32,000 nucleotides of DNA from Nitrosopumilus sp. (GCF_040878665.1 NZ_JBBDLU010000002.1:100565-132564), one strand, 5' to 3'; positions 22,283-32,000 are shown, counted from the stretch's first letter. Made by a program: numbers and translations. Notes: generated by a model from the letters alone, not told the origin.

Positions 22283-23074
22283 TTAAGTGTTAGACTTTTT
22301 ACGTTCTTTACGCTCAATTACCGTCATACCTGCAATATAGAGTGCCATCATGGGAATTGAAACAAACCACATTGTTATGCCGCTACCATCAGGGGTGATT
22401 ACTGCACCAAAAATTACAATTACTACAATTGCATATCTGATATTCTTTCTCCAAAAGCTTGAGTCTATTATTCCTGATGCAGATACAGCATACATTACAA
22501 TCGGAAGCTGAAATGAAAATCCAAATGCCAATAAAAATTGTAAAACAAATGTAACAAAATCCATGATGTTGAGAAAAGTTACTAATCCTGCTGATTCTCC
22601 ATATCTGTATAAAAATTCCAAAATATATGGAATCACAAAATAGTAAGAAAATACACATCCTGCAATAAACAATCCTAATGCTGGAAGAGAAATGCTTCTA
22701 CTGATCTTAATCTCGTTCTCTTTTAACGCAGGTTTGATAAAACTCACTAATTCAATAATGATCACTGGCATTCCTATCACTATTCCAACTAATGCCGCAA
22801 TGTACACTTGAGCAAAAAATGCTTGACCTGGCGCTGTTTGAATCAATTGTACGTTTTCTGGAACAAGATTTGTTTTCATATAATTTGTAATCTGGGCTGA
22901 AATATTGTTTAGTGGATCAAGTGTTGGATAATACAAAGTAATTTGTTCTATCTGTATTGGCTCTATATGCAATGATAAAAGACATGCAGTAACTATTCCA
23001 ATAACTAATACTATTCTAATTATTCTTTTTCTTAATTCCTCTAAATGTTTACCAATATCTTCTAACTCTGCCAT
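22283..23074 (-). CDS. tatC: Twin-arginine translocase subunit TatC
   Basis: 263 aa with 6 TM helices. N-terminal HLEELRKRIIRIV and the PEG-less but typical FxxPxLxxxE region (VSFIKPALKENE). Confidence 0.85.
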   Translation of the reverse strand: MAELEDIGKHLEELRKRIIRIVLVIGIVTACLLSLHIEPIQIEQITLYYPTLDPLNNISAQITNYMKTNLVPENVQLIQTAPGQAFFAQVYIAALVGIVIGMPVIIIELVSFIKPALKENEIKISRSISLPALGLFIAGCVFSYYFVIPYILEFLYRYGESAGLVTFLNIMDFVTFVLQFLLAFGFSFQLPIVMYAVSASGIIDSSFWRKNIRYAIVVIVIFGAVITPDGSGITMWFVSIPMMALYIAGMTVIERKERKKSNT

Positions 23075-23104
23075 CTGATATCATTGTGTTTTAAACTATA
23101 TCAA

Positions 23105-23572
23105 TTATGTTGGAATTGGCAAGAGTTTTGATTCTGGAAGTCCTGCTGCTTTAAGTGCATCTGCAGTAATGCCCTCAAATTCTAAAGAAATGATTGCCTT
23201 CATGTTAAATTTTGATTCCATTTCTTTTGCCAATGACGCAATATCTTTAGCTGAGAAAATTTCTTTTGAACCTTTTAGGAATATTCTATCTCCTTTTTCC
23301 ATATCTTTACCTCCAAATTTTCCTTGCAAGAAACTAGTGATTGTTGGTAATTCCTTTCTGTCAATATTGTTGTGGAAATAACATATCCCTCTAACTGATT
23401 CATAATCATATGCGGTTCCATGTCGATACATGAAAACTCCAATAAAATGAGCCTCATTCTCTGGCTCTCTCACACACTTGATTTCCCAATTTAGCAAATT
23501 CTTTTCATCATATGTGTATCCTGATAATTCATCAGAAGTGATTTTCCAATATCTCATTCTGCCTTTTGCCAT
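23105..23572 (-). CDS. Hypothetical soluble protein (155 aa) heading the tatC-tatA gene string
   Basis: ATG ORF 30 nt upstream of tatC on the same strand. Globular composition, no family recognised. Confidence 0.6.
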   Translation of the reverse strand: MAKGRMRYWKITSDELSGYTYDEKNLLNWEIKCVREPENEAHFIGVFMYRHGTAYDYESVRGICYFHNNIDRKELPTITSFLQGKFGGKDMEKGDRIFLKGSKEIFSAKDIASLAKEMESKFNMKAIISLEFEGITADALKAAGLPESKLLPIPT

Positions 23573-23854
23573 GTATCCTATTGTAAATTATTCTGGTATA
23601 AATTCCAATATCTACACGACTAGACTTTCTGTCATGGTTCATCGTAAATCTGTGCAATTTTTTTATAACTTAAGGATATGTGCTGAATTCTACAAATATT
23701 GTTAAACTCGTGTCTAGTCAAATATTATTTTCTCTCACATAATTTTTTACACATTCGTGAATTGAATTTAAAATCAGATGCCTTTAAAATTACTATAAAA
23801 ATATAAAATTATTCGGAAGATAGATTAACCTCACTTTTATTTTTAGATTTGTTA

Positions 23855-24121
23855 ATGGCTTCTTTTATTGTTCACGTAACAATTGAAAATAAACCTGGTA
23901 TCAGTGATCCTGAAGGCGATACAATTCTAAATGATCTAGTTCTAAAAGGAACTCATAAAATAGTTTCTAAAATCAAGGCCGCAAAGATGTTAAAATTCAC
24001 AATTAAAGAAAAAGACAAAAAATCTGCCAAATTCAAGGTTCAAGAGATTTGTGATGAACTAAGAATATACAATCCCATGGTGAGTAAAGTTACAATAGAC
24101 GTTTTTGATGCTGAGAAATAA
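23855..24121 (+). CDS. purS: Phosphoribosylformylglycinamidine synthase subunit PurS
   Basis: The segment VHVTIENKPGISDPEGDTILNDL... and the ~88 aa length fit PurS. ATG 23855 is preferred over the track's TTG 23849. Confidence 0.85.
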   Translation: MASFIVHVTIENKPGISDPEGDTILNDLVLKGTHKIVSKIKAAKMLKFTIKEKDKKSAKFKVQEICDELRIYNPMVSKVTIDVFDAEK

Positions 24122-24224
24122 TCACATCTGATTTGGCAAGTACAAATCACACATCAAATGTTCTGGAAAATCAACAATAATCTCCGAAATTCTGATCGTA
24201 AAAACCATCTGATTAATCATAGGG

Positions 24225-24232
24225 TATTATAA
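24225..24232 (+). promoter_or_regulatory. TATA-like box (TATTATAA) centred ~26 nt upstream of GTG 24254 (purQ)
   Basis: It sits in the 132-nt purS-purQ gap. The spacing fits a leaderless purQLF transcript that starts at the GTG. Confidence 0.35.
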
Positions 24233-24253
24233 TCTCTCAATGCTAATACCATT

Positions 24254-24934
24254 GTGAAAGTTGGGGTTGTAGTTTTTCCTGGCAGTAATTGTGATCGTGA
24301 CATGTATCATGTTCTAACTGATGTCTTTAATCTTGACGCAGAATATTTTTGGCATGAAAAAGGACTACCTAAAAATATTGATGCAGTTATTCTTCCTGGA
24401 GGTTTCTCCTATGGCGATAGACTTCGTGCAGGTGTAATTGCGGCTCACAGTCCAATAATCAAAGACGTACGAAAAATGGCTGAAAAAGGTATTCCTGTTT
24501 TAGGTGTATGTAACGGATTTCAAATTCTTGTAGAGTCTGGGTTACTTCCTGGGGTGTTACTCAAAAATCAATCTCTTAATTTTATGTGTGAATGGACAAA
24601 CTTAGTTGTTGAAAATAATAAAACTGCATTCACTAATCAATTCAAACTCCATCAAAAAATCCCAATCCCAATCGCAAATGGCGAAGGTCGATATTATGCT
24701 GATGATGAAACTCTGAAAACTTTAAAGGAAAAAAATCAAATCGTGTTCAGATATAGTGAAGTTGTTAATGGGTCATCTGATAGAATTGCTGGTGTATGTA
24801 ATGAAGACGGAAATGTTGTTGGAATGATGCCTCATCCTGAAAGAGCTGTAGAATCTGAAATTAATCCAATTGATAACAAACCCTCTTCCCTTATCTTTGA
24901 ATCGTTGTTGACAAAAATAGGTGTGGGTAATTGA
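24254..24934 (+). CDS. purQ: Phosphoribosylformylglycinamidine synthase, glutaminase subunit PurQ
   Basis: VVVFPGSNCDRD, the nucleophile-elbow GVCNGFQIL, and the catalytic MPHPER near the C-terminus. Confidence 0.9.
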   Translation: MKVGVVVFPGSNCDRDMYHVLTDVFNLDAEYFWHEKGLPKNIDAVILPGGFSYGDRLRAGVIAAHSPIIKDVRKMAEKGIPVLGVCNGFQILVESGLLPGVLLKNQSLNFMCEWTNLVVENNKTAFTNQFKLHQKIPIPIANGEGRYYADDETLKTLKEKNQIVFRYSEVVNGSSDRIAGVCNEDGNVVGMMPHPERAVESEINPIDNKPSSLIFESLLTKIGVGN

Positions 24935-27096
24935 GTTTAGAAGAACAAGAATTATCTGAATTAAAATCAAAAATTGGTAGAGATCCAACATCGACTGAAT
25001 TACAGATTGTAGCTGCTGAATGGTCTGAGCACTGTTCATACAAATCATCTAAAAAACATCTAAAAATGCTTCCAATGAAAGGTCCACTTGTAATTAATGA
25101 AAAAGGATATGATTCTGGTGTTTTAGATGTTGGTAACGGATATGTTATAACTGCACATATTGAAAGTCACAATCATCCATCTGCAGTAGAGCCTTATGGT
25201 GGTGCTGCAACAGGTGTCGGTGGAGTAATACGAGATATATTATCTGCAGGTACTAGACCTATTGCAATCTTTGATGGATTACGATTTGGAAATATTGAAA
25301 AAGACATACATGCAAGATGGCTTTTTAAAAATGCTGTAACTGGAATTGCAGATTATGGGAATTGTTTGGGAATTCCAACTATTGGAGGAGAAGTAGAATT
25401 TGATGAATGCTATCAAAACTATGCTCTAGTTGATGTTGCCGCAATAGGCTTTGGGAAAAAAGAAAATTTGATAAAAAACCATGCCACAAAAGATGACTTG
25501 GTTATATTGCTCGGGGGTTCAACTGGAAGGGATGGCATTGGCGGTTCTCAATTTGCATCTGATTCTCTTGAATCTGAAGATCGTTCTGCTGTCCAAATTC
25601 CTGATCCTTTCATTGAAAAACTAATCATTGAAGCGGTTTTGGAGGCAAGAAATCAAAAATTGATTCATGCAATGAAAGATCTTGGAGGTGGTGGATTGTC
25701 TTGTGCAATTTCGGAAACTGCTGATGCATTAGAAATTGGTATAGAAATGGATGTTGCCAAAGTCCACACTCGTGAATCTGATATGCGTCCTGATGAAATC
25801 ATGGTGTCTGAATCTCAGGAAAGAATGTTGATTATAACTAGCAAACCTAAATTTGAACAATTAAAAGATATTTGTAAGAAATTCCACATTAGCTGCTCTG
25901 TAATTGGTCACGTGACGTTTGATAATCAAATGCATGTGAAAAAAGGCAACAAAACATTTGCTAATCTTCCTACTGATGTAGTAGCAAATGCAACCTTGCT
26001 TGATTTACCTTCATCAAAACCTTCCTATCTGAAAACTATTGAAGCTGAAAAAAAATTCAAACCTATACTTGATTACTCTAAAGTTATGATGAAATTACTT
26101 GCTTCTCCAAACATTGCAAGTAAGCTTTGGGTTTATGGACAATTTGATCATGAAGTTGGAATTCGAACTGTGGTAAAACCTGGGCGAGATGCATCAGTAT
26201 TACGATTGGATAATGGAAAATACCTCTCTGCAAAAATTGATGGAAATCCAAAACATTGCTACATCAATCCTCGTGAAGGGGCAATCGGATGTTTTGAGGA
26301 AGCGTGCAGAAATGTTGTTTGTACTGGTGCTACTCCAATTGGCATGCTTGACCATCTTCAATTTGGAAACCCAAAAGACCCTGAAATTTTTTGGACATTT
26401 TTAGAATCTCTGAAAGGTTTGACTGATTTTGCAAAATATTTTGATATCCCATGTGTTGGAGGAAAGGTTAGTCTGTACAATGAAACTCCTGCAGGTTCGA
26501 TAAAACCTACTCCTGTAATTGGAGTGTTGGGACTGATTGACAAAAAACCCTCAATTCCTCAAAAGATTTCATCTTCTGATTGCCTAGTTATTGTAGGTGA
26601 TACTAAAAATGAGTTGGGTGGCTCTGAGTTCTTTGAATACATTCACAATTTTGTAGGTGGCAAATGTCCCTCTGTTGTTTTCGAAGATTCAAAGAAAAAT
26701 ATGACTGCGGTATTGGATGCCATTAAAAATAATTTGGTCAAAGATGTACATGATTGTTCAAAAGGAGGATTGGCAATTGCAATATCTGAAATATGTATGA
26801 TAAATCAAATTGGCTGTAATGTTTCTCTAGATAAAATACCTGGCGAAAAGATGGATGTTGATAGAATTTTATTTTCTGAAAGTCATTCTCGCTATCTTTT
26901 ATCTTTGGAGAAGAAAAATCTAAAAAAACTTGAAACTTTTCTTAAAGAAAATCATATCTCATTCAAGGAGATTGGTCAATTTGGTGGAGATGTAATTCAA
27001 TTTACAAATGGCGCAAAGACAGTTGTAGATCTAAGAGTTGATAAAGCGCAAAAAACTTGGTTAAATTCGTTAAGGGATTTGATGCTTAATGGTTAA
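24931..27096 (+). CDS. purL: Phosphoribosylformylglycinamidine synthase subunit PurL (FGAM synthase II)
   Basis: 721 aa. Motifs EWSEHCSYKSS, ESHNHPSAVEPYGGAATGVGGVIRDI and the duplicated PurM-like domains. The TTG start overlaps the purQ stop by 4 nt. Confidence 0.9.
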   Translation: MSLEEQELSELKSKIGRDPTSTELQIVAAEWSEHCSYKSSKKHLKMLPMKGPLVINEKGYDSGVLDVGNGYVITAHIESHNHPSAVEPYGGAATGVGGVIRDILSAGTRPIAIFDGLRFGNIEKDIHARWLFKNAVTGIADYGNCLGIPTIGGEVEFDECYQNYALVDVAAIGFGKKENLIKNHATKDDLVILLGGSTGRDGIGGSQFASDSLESEDRSAVQIPDPFIEKLIIEAVLEARNQKLIHAMKDLGGGGLSCAISETADALEIGIEMDVAKVHTRESDMRPDEIMVSESQERMLIITSKPKFEQLKDICKKFHISCSVIGHVTFDNQMHVKKGNKTFANLPTDVVANATLLDLPSSKPSYLKTIEAEKKFKPILDYSKVMMKLLASPNIASKLWVYGQFDHEVGIRTVVKPGRDASVLRLDNGKYLSAKIDGNPKHCYINPREGAIGCFEEACRNVVCTGATPIGMLDHLQFGNPKDPEIFWTFLESLKGLTDFAKYFDIPCVGGKVSLYNETPAGSIKPTPVIGVLGLIDKKPSIPQKISSSDCLVIVGDTKNELGGSEFFEYIHNFVGGKCPSVVFEDSKKNMTAVLDAIKNNLVKDVHDCSKGGLAIAISEICMINQIGCNVSLDKIPGEKMDVDRILFSESHSRYLLSLEKKNLKKLETFLKENHISFKEIGQFGGDVIQFTNGAKTVVDLRVDKAQKTWLNSLRDLMLNG

Positions 27097-28525
27097 AGAA
27101 AATTGTGGCGTTGTTGGAATTTACAGTTTATCTGGAACTAATGTCGTTCCTATGGTCTTTGATGCTTTACGTGCATTACAACATAGAGGACAAGAAGCTT
27201 GGGGATTTGCAGTTCCAAACAAACTTCCGTTTAAAAAAGTAGGACTGGTTTCACACTCTTCATCTGATTTTAAAAAAATTGCTCAAGAATATGCTTCCCC
27301 ATGTGTTATTGGACATGTTCGATACTCTACAATGGGCACTAGTACTCTGGAAAATGCACAGCCATTGAAAGTAAAAGATCTCTGTATTGCACATAATGGC
27401 ACAATTGCAAATGCTCAAGAACTATCTAATTTAGTTGGTGGATGTTCTTTTACTCCTCAAAACGCGAGTGACACACTTGTTGCAGCACAAAGACTTGTTT
27501 CATTAATTTCTGAAAATGGTGATATGGGTAAAGCGTTATCTATTCTTAAAAATGAGATGGTCGGATCTTATTGTTTTACATTTATTTCTGATGATAATTC
27601 TGTTTATGCAGCACGTGATCCTAAAGGATTTCGTCCTATGGTTTTAGGATATAAGGAATCTGATGATACATACATTGTAACTTCTGAATCGGCCGCAGTT
27701 ACTGCAGTTGGTGCAATACTTCAAAGAGATGTAGTTCCTGGAGAACTAATTAAATTAAGTAAAAGTGGATTGGAGACTGAATTATTTTCAAGTGATCCTT
27801 CTCGTGCACACTGTTCTTTTGAATTTACTTACTTTGCACATCCTTCAAGCAAAATGGAAGGACATAACATATACGTTTCAAGGAAAAAAATTGGACAATT
27901 AATGGCAAAGAAATTCCCAATCAAAGATGCTGATTTGGTAATTCCTGTACCTGATTCTGCAAGGCCTGCGGCACTAGGCTATGCACAAGAACTTGGCATA
28001 TCTTTTGATGAAGGTTTACTAAAGGACAGATATAGTAAGAAAGGTCCATTGAGAAGTTTTATTGAACCTCATCAAAGTGACAGAGTTGAAATAAATCGCT
28101 GGATAATTCCGATTAGTGAAATAATTAAAGACAAACATGTTGTAGTAATTGATGATAGTCTGGTTAGAGGTACTAGTTCCAAAGCTATTATCAAGGCTCT
28201 TCGTCGTGCAGGTGCCAAAAAAATTAGTATGTTAATTACATATCCTCAAATTAATTATCCGTGTTATGCTGGAATTGACTTTCCTTCTCAAGAAGAACTT
28301 GCTACATTCACCAATGGGAAAACTATGACTAGTGATGAGATTACTGAGATGGTTAGACAAAGTATAGGTGTTGACTTTTTAGGATATAATGATGCTGATA
28401 ATTTAGCTAATGCAGTTGGAATTCCAAAAGACTCCATGTGTTTTACGTGTTCTTCTGGAAATTATGATTCGTTGGGAATAAAACCTGATTTTACTAAACG
28501 CGAACAAGTCAAAGCCACAAATTAA
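27089..28525 (+). CDS. purF: Amidophosphoribosyltransferase PurF
   Basis: N-terminal nucleophile Cys after a short propeptide (MVKEN-CGVVGIY). Also RHRGQE-like LQHRGQEAWG and the PRPP loop VVVIDDSLVRGTSS. The ATG overlaps the purL end by 8 nt. Confidence 0.9.
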   Translation: MVKENCGVVGIYSLSGTNVVPMVFDALRALQHRGQEAWGFAVPNKLPFKKVGLVSHSSSDFKKIAQEYASPCVIGHVRYSTMGTSTLENAQPLKVKDLCIAHNGTIANAQELSNLVGGCSFTPQNASDTLVAAQRLVSLISENGDMGKALSILKNEMVGSYCFTFISDDNSVYAARDPKGFRPMVLGYKESDDTYIVTSESAAVTAVGAILQRDVVPGELIKLSKSGLETELFSSDPSRAHCSFEFTYFAHPSSKMEGHNIYVSRKKIGQLMAKKFPIKDADLVIPVPDSARPAALGYAQELGISFDEGLLKDRYSKKGPLRSFIEPHQSDRVEINRWIIPISEIIKDKHVVVIDDSLVRGTSSKAIIKALRRAGAKKISMLITYPQINYPCYAGIDFPSQEELATFTNGKTMTSDEITEMVRQSIGVDFLGYNDADNLANAVGIPKDSMCFTCSSGNYDSLGIKPDFTKREQVKATN

Positions 28526-28576
28526 ATTCAATTTATTTCAGGTTTAATTAAATATAGTTTGAAATATTCTATTGCT

Positions 28577-28855
28577 ATGCAAGCAATCTGGAATGATGTT
28601 ATAATTGCAGAAAGTGATGATACTGTGGCAGTGGAAGGAAATCATTATTTTCCATTTGATTCAATCAAACAAGAGTATTTCCAAAAAACTGAACTGACTA
28701 CTGTTTGTGGTTGGAAGGGAATGGCCAATTATTATTCTGTAGTTGTGAATGGAAAAACTAACAAAGATTGTGCTTGGTACTACGCTGAACCTAACGAGGC
28801 TGCTGAAAAAATCAAAGGTAGGATTGCATTTTGGAATGGCGTTAAAGTACAATAA
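28577..28855 (+). CDS. DUF427 domain protein
   Basis: MQAIWNDVIIAESDDTVAVEGNHYFP...CGWKGMANYYSVVVNGKTNKDCAWYYAEP...IKGRIAFW is the characteristic DUF427 pattern. ATG 28577 is preferred over the track's TTG 28559. Confidence 0.8.
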   Translation: MQAIWNDVIIAESDDTVAVEGNHYFPFDSIKQEYFQKTELTTVCGWKGMANYYSVVVNGKTNKDCAWYYAEPNEAAEKIKGRIAFWNGVKVQ

Positions 28856-28890
28856 TCATTCTTAATTATCTGAAAGTCTATAGAGAATCT

Positions 28891-29277
28891 GTGAAGCAGT
28901 ATACAATAATTATCGGTGTCGGTGTTATGGTAATTGTAATCATGACAATAGTTTTTGGCATGGATATTTTGAAATTATCTATATCTACTCAAGAATATGA
29001 TATTTTCGTTGATCCTATATTGGACAAACAAAACATGTTTGTTATGGGTCGTGTTACTATCCAAAACACTGGCTCACAATCATTGACAAATGTTCGTGTG
29101 AATTTTGGAGGGGGAGATACACTAGATTTGGGAACTTTGAAATCTGGACAAAAAATAATAGTTTCACCTCCCCCTGAAAACTCTATGGAATTTGTAATGG
29201 TTAGTGCCGATAATGCTATTTTTGTAAACAAAGCATACCGTGAAATGCCTAAAATGGTTGGAATGATGGGTTCTTGA
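28891..29277 (+). CDS. Membrane-anchored protein with a CARDB/Ig-like beta-sandwich ectodomain (128 aa)
   Basis: GTG start and an N-terminal TM anchor (IIIGVGVMVIVIMTIVFGM). The segment VTIQNTGSQSLTNVRVNFGGGDTLDLGTLKSGQKIIVS resembles the CARDB strand pattern. The fold call is inference. Confidence 0.55.
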   Translation: MKQYTIIIGVGVMVIVIMTIVFGMDILKLSISTQEYDIFVDPILDKQNMFVMGRVTIQNTGSQSLTNVRVNFGGGDTLDLGTLKSGQKIIVSPPPENSMEFVMVSADNAIFVNKAYREMPKMVGMMGS

Positions 29278-29293
29278 AACCCCTCATGTGGTT

Positions 29294-29509
29294 CTAATTC
29301 TCGTCGATTTTTTTATTATATTCATCTATTTCTAAATTATATTTTTCAATCTCTTCATTATCTCTATCACTATCTGCTTCAAAAAGTTCAGGATTTTCTT
29401 TTTGAGCTTTTCTCATAAGTTCTTTGAATGTGCCAGGATCACTTTTTTGAAGTTCTAATAGTATTTTTCCTATTGATTCATCTAGATTACTCATATGTTG
29501 GGTATCCAA
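29294..29509 (-). CDS. Small acidic helical protein (71 aa)
   Basis: ATG ORF rich in D/E/K. No family recognised. Confidence 0.45.
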   Translation of the reverse strand: MDTQHMSNLDESIGKILLELQKSDPGTFKELMRKAQKENPELFEADSDRDNEEIEKYNLEIDEYNKKIDEN

Positions 29510-29688
29510 TGGTGGGTATTTTTGAATATCTCTCTCAAGGCTATGTATTGATTTCAGAATTTACGATACTTGTTTCAATTAAATTCTGATTTAATATCGT
29601 GTTCGAAAATTTAGATTATTTGGATATCTTAATCAACACAATTCTGCTCATTCAGAGGCTGATGTTTTAGTTTATCCATACTCTTAAT

Positions 29689-30762
29689 ATGACTGCAAGC
29701 ATACTAATCAAAAATCAAGTAAAAATGCACACAGAAATCCTTAAAATTAATCCAAAAAATCCACAACTTTCAAAGATAAGACAGGCTGCTAAAGTAATAA
29801 AATCTGGAAATCTTGTCGCATTTCCAACAGAAACAGTATATGGTCTTGGAGCAAATGCATTAGATTCACGTTCAGTCAAAAAAATATTTGTTGCAAAAGG
29901 TAGACCGTCAGATAACCCGTTAATCGTTCACATTTCAGATATTTCAGATCTGAAGATGTTAGTAGATCACATCCCAAACACTGCACATAAATTAATTGCC
30001 AAATTTTGGCCAGGACCTCTCACATTAGTTTTGAAAAAATCAAAAATAGTTCCAAAAATTACTACTGGTGGAATCAACACAGTTGCAATAAGAATGCCTG
30101 AAAACAAAATTGCACAAGCATTAATTCGTGAAACTGGTGTGCCTATCGCAGCTCCTTCTGCAAATATTTCTGGAAGGCCAAGCCCCACCATAGCAAAACA
30201 TGTCTTTGATGATCTGGGTGGTAAAATTAACATGATACTTGATGGCGGTAAAACAAAAATCGGAATAGAATCCACAGTGATTGATCTTTCTAGAAAACAT
30301 CCATCATTGTTAAGACCAGGAGGCATATCCTTAGAACAATTACAATCTCTTATTGGTAAAATTGCACTACCTTCATCTATACATGAAAGAAAATCAAAAT
30401 TAATTCATCGTTCACCTGGTATGAAATATAGGCATTATTCTCCAAATGCCAAAATAATTCTAATTGAGGGTTCAAAAGATAAAGTAAAAAACAAAACTCT
30501 GCATCTTTTGGCGCAATTCCAAAAACAGGGGAAAAAAGTTGGGATAATGAGTATTTCCAATACAAAATACAAATCAGACATGACTGTTTTTCTAGGAAAT
30601 AAGTTAGATGTGCTAGCTGCTAACTTGTTTAACACATTTAGAGAATTTGATGTAAAAAAAATAGATGTAATCCTTGTACACGGTATAAATCGTAAGGGGT
30701 TAGGTCTTGGAATAATGAATAGACTCGAAAAAGCTGCCTATAAAAAGATCAAAATCGACTGA
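29689..30762 (+). CDS. sua5: L-threonylcarbamoyladenylate synthase, Sua5/YrdC family (with C-terminal Sua5 domain)
   Basis: VAFPTETVYGLGANALD, KGRPSDNPLIVHI and SAPSANISGRPSPT motifs, with a ~130-aa C-terminal extension typical of Sua5. The alternative start ATG 29725 would remove 12 aa. Confidence 0.9.
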   Translation: MTASILIKNQVKMHTEILKINPKNPQLSKIRQAAKVIKSGNLVAFPTETVYGLGANALDSRSVKKIFVAKGRPSDNPLIVHISDISDLKMLVDHIPNTAHKLIAKFWPGPLTLVLKKSKIVPKITTGGINTVAIRMPENKIAQALIRETGVPIAAPSANISGRPSPTIAKHVFDDLGGKINMILDGGKTKIGIESTVIDLSRKHPSLLRPGGISLEQLQSLIGKIALPSSIHERKSKLIHRSPGMKYRHYSPNAKIILIEGSKDKVKNKTLHLLAQFQKQGKKVGIMSISNTKYKSDMTVFLGNKLDVLAANLFNTFREFDVKKIDVILVHGINRKGLGLGIMNRLEKAAYKKIKID

Positions 30763-30879
30763 ATTTAAGATAAACAAGATACAAACAAAACATGAAATTA
30801 AAATAAACTTCTCTTATGAGTATTATATCATAATTCAGTGCCCTAGCAGTTAAATTCTGTCAAAATTAATCATAATTAG

Positions 30880-31704
30880 TTGAAGTTTCTTACAAGTGGT
30901 AAAGTAAAGGATCTTTATGAAGTGGATGAATCTAGTATTTTATTCAAATTTTCAGACCGGGTTTCTGCATTCGATGTTAAATTCAAACAAGATATTCCAC
31001 GAAAAGGTGAAGTTCTTTGTAAATTTGCAGAATTTTGGTTCAATGAATTATCGGTACCAAATCATTTTGTGAAACGAGCATCTGATACTGAGATTGTAGT
31101 AAAAAAGATGAAAATGTTACCAATAGAATGTGTCGTTCGAGGTTATTTTTATGGTAGTTTGGTTAGCAGATGGAAAAAAGGTGAAGTCATATTGCCTGAA
31201 GGAACTAATACTATACTAGCTGCCAAATTGCTGGAACCAATATTTGATCCTACTACAAAATCTGAACATGATGTTCCAATAAACAAATCAAAAGCACTAG
31301 AGATGAATTTAGTTACAGAAGAACAATATGTTTGGTTGGAGCAAACTTCAATTGATATCTACAAAAAAATGGTCAAAATCGTAGATGCTGCAGGATTTAT
31401 CTTGGCTGATTTAAAATTAGAATTTGGATTATTAGATGGAAAAATCACATTAGGTGACTCGATTGGTCCTGATGAATATAGACTGTGGCCTAAAGACTCA
31501 TTTGAGATTGGAAAAATTCAAGAAGCATATGACAAGCAACTACTCCGTGATTGGTTAACCGCTAATGGATATCAAAAACAATTTGATGATGACCGTGATG
31601 CAGGACGTGAACCCACTCCTCCTATAATGCCATTTGAATTAATTCAAAAAATGACTCAACGATACATAACTGCATACGAGAAATTAACTAGAAATACTCT
31701 TTAA
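30880..31704 (+). CDS. purC: Phosphoribosylaminoimidazole-succinocarboxamide (SAICAR) synthase PurC
   Basis: GKVKDLYEV...[16 protein letters not shown] and LADLKLEFG motifs. TTG start. Confidence 0.9.
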   Translation: MKFLTSGKVKDLYEVDESSILFKFSDRVSAFDVKFKQDIPRKGEVLCKFAEFWFNELSVPNHFVKRASDTEIVVKKMKMLPIECVVRGYFYGSLVSRWKKGEVILPEGTNTILAAKLLEPIFDPTTKSEHDVPINKSKALEMNLVTEEQYVWLEQTSIDIYKKMVKIVDAAGFILADLKLEFGLLDGKITLGDSIGPDEYRLWPKDSFEIGKIQEAYDKQLLRDWLTANGYQKQFDDDRDAGREPTPPIMPFELIQKMTQRYITAYEKLTRNTL

Positions 31705-31725
31705 CTCTCTCTAAATTGATGAATC

Positions 31726-32000
31726 ATGGGAATTGAGGACAAAACAGAAATTGAAACATTAATGGATATTGTAATCAATCAAATTCCGTCGTATGTGAAT
31801 ATGGTGAACTCTGAAAATTGGGATGTACATTTAGCTGATTGTATACTTGGAATGGTTTACCATTCATTTGTTGCAAAATCTACTGACTATCTAAAAAATA
31901 AACTAACTGACACTGGACAAGAAAGTACTGCCGAATCAACTTTTGAAATGATGAATTTAGTATCCGATGTATTCAATGATAAATTGGCAGTCATCAAACA
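31726..32000 (+). CDS. Hypothetical protein, 3'-truncated by the window edge
   Basis: The ATG at 31726 opens a frame (MGIEDKTEIETLMDIVINQIPSYVNMVNSENWDVHLADCILGMVYH...) that stays open to nt 32000. It is absent from the track because no stop falls in the window. Confidence 0.45.
   Translation, partial: MGIEDKTEIETLMDIVINQIPSYVNMVNSENWDVHLADCILGMVYHSFVAKSTDYLKNKLTDTGQESTAESTFEMMNLVSDVFNDKLAVIK

Noticed and set aside
3909-24214. Recurring (C)ATCTGATT 8-9-mer at 3909, 11191, 24125 and 24206, three of them just after plus-strand stop codons
   Set aside because: The same string also occurs inside coding sequence (4523 and 27261, both encoding SSDF). The word is short and AT-rich, so I cannot exclude chance without genome-wide statistics.
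1-32000. CRISPR arrays, transposases/integrases/IS elements, prophage genes, rRNA and tRNA genes
   Set aside because: I found no regularly spaced direct repeats, no DDE/tyrosine-recombinase-like ORFs, no terminal inverted repeats around gene blocks, and no rRNA- or tRNA-like sequence on either strand.

Overview
This is an AT-rich, very compact archaeal chromosome segment. Gene content (aEF-2, archaeal PurP, Sua5, Tat), frequent GTG/TTG starts and apparently leaderless promoters suggest a marine ammonia-oxidising thaumarchaeon (Nitrosopumilus-like). That assignment is an inference and was not checked against any database. The left edge (1-3856) holds a 5'-truncated elongation factor 2 gene and a CPA2 cation:proton antiporter. 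The middle (about 3.9-19.6 kb) is a block of roughly 25 mostly small ORFs, most without an assignable function. Among the ORFs that can be described are a membrane-anchored single-domain KaiC/RecA-like ATPase, a secreted metallo-beta-lactamase-fold protein lacking the HxHxDH motif, and two paralogous wHTH proteins. The same block carries a long K/E/Q-rich coiled-coil ORF with an unresolved 5' end, an orphan PIN-like (Mut7-C/DUF5615-type) protein, a CBS-pair::TrkH-type K+ transporter fusion, a Cys-motif membrane protein and a DUF151 bifunctional-nuclease-family protein. The right part (19.7-32 kb) is housekeeping: purP, ubiX plus an SRPBCC protein, tatA/tatC, purS-purQ-purL-purF (overlapping starts), DUF427, sua5/tsaC, purC and a 3'-truncated ORF. 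I recognised no rRNA, tRNA, CRISPR array, transposase or integrase. Four observations deserve most attention. (1) A ~31-45 aa motif occurs at the N-terminus of the KaiC-like ATPase and twice in the start-less upstream extension of the coiled-coil ORF. (2) That extension has an in-frame TAA two codons after a candidate GTG start. (3) A ~106-nt GC-rich island that can fold into a three-way junction (19536-19641) sits in a ~630-nt ORF-free gap and looks like an unclassified ncRNA. (4) The CBS::TrkH fusion is paired with a CC/CxxC membrane protein. All functional calls rest on motif recognition by eye. No searches were run.
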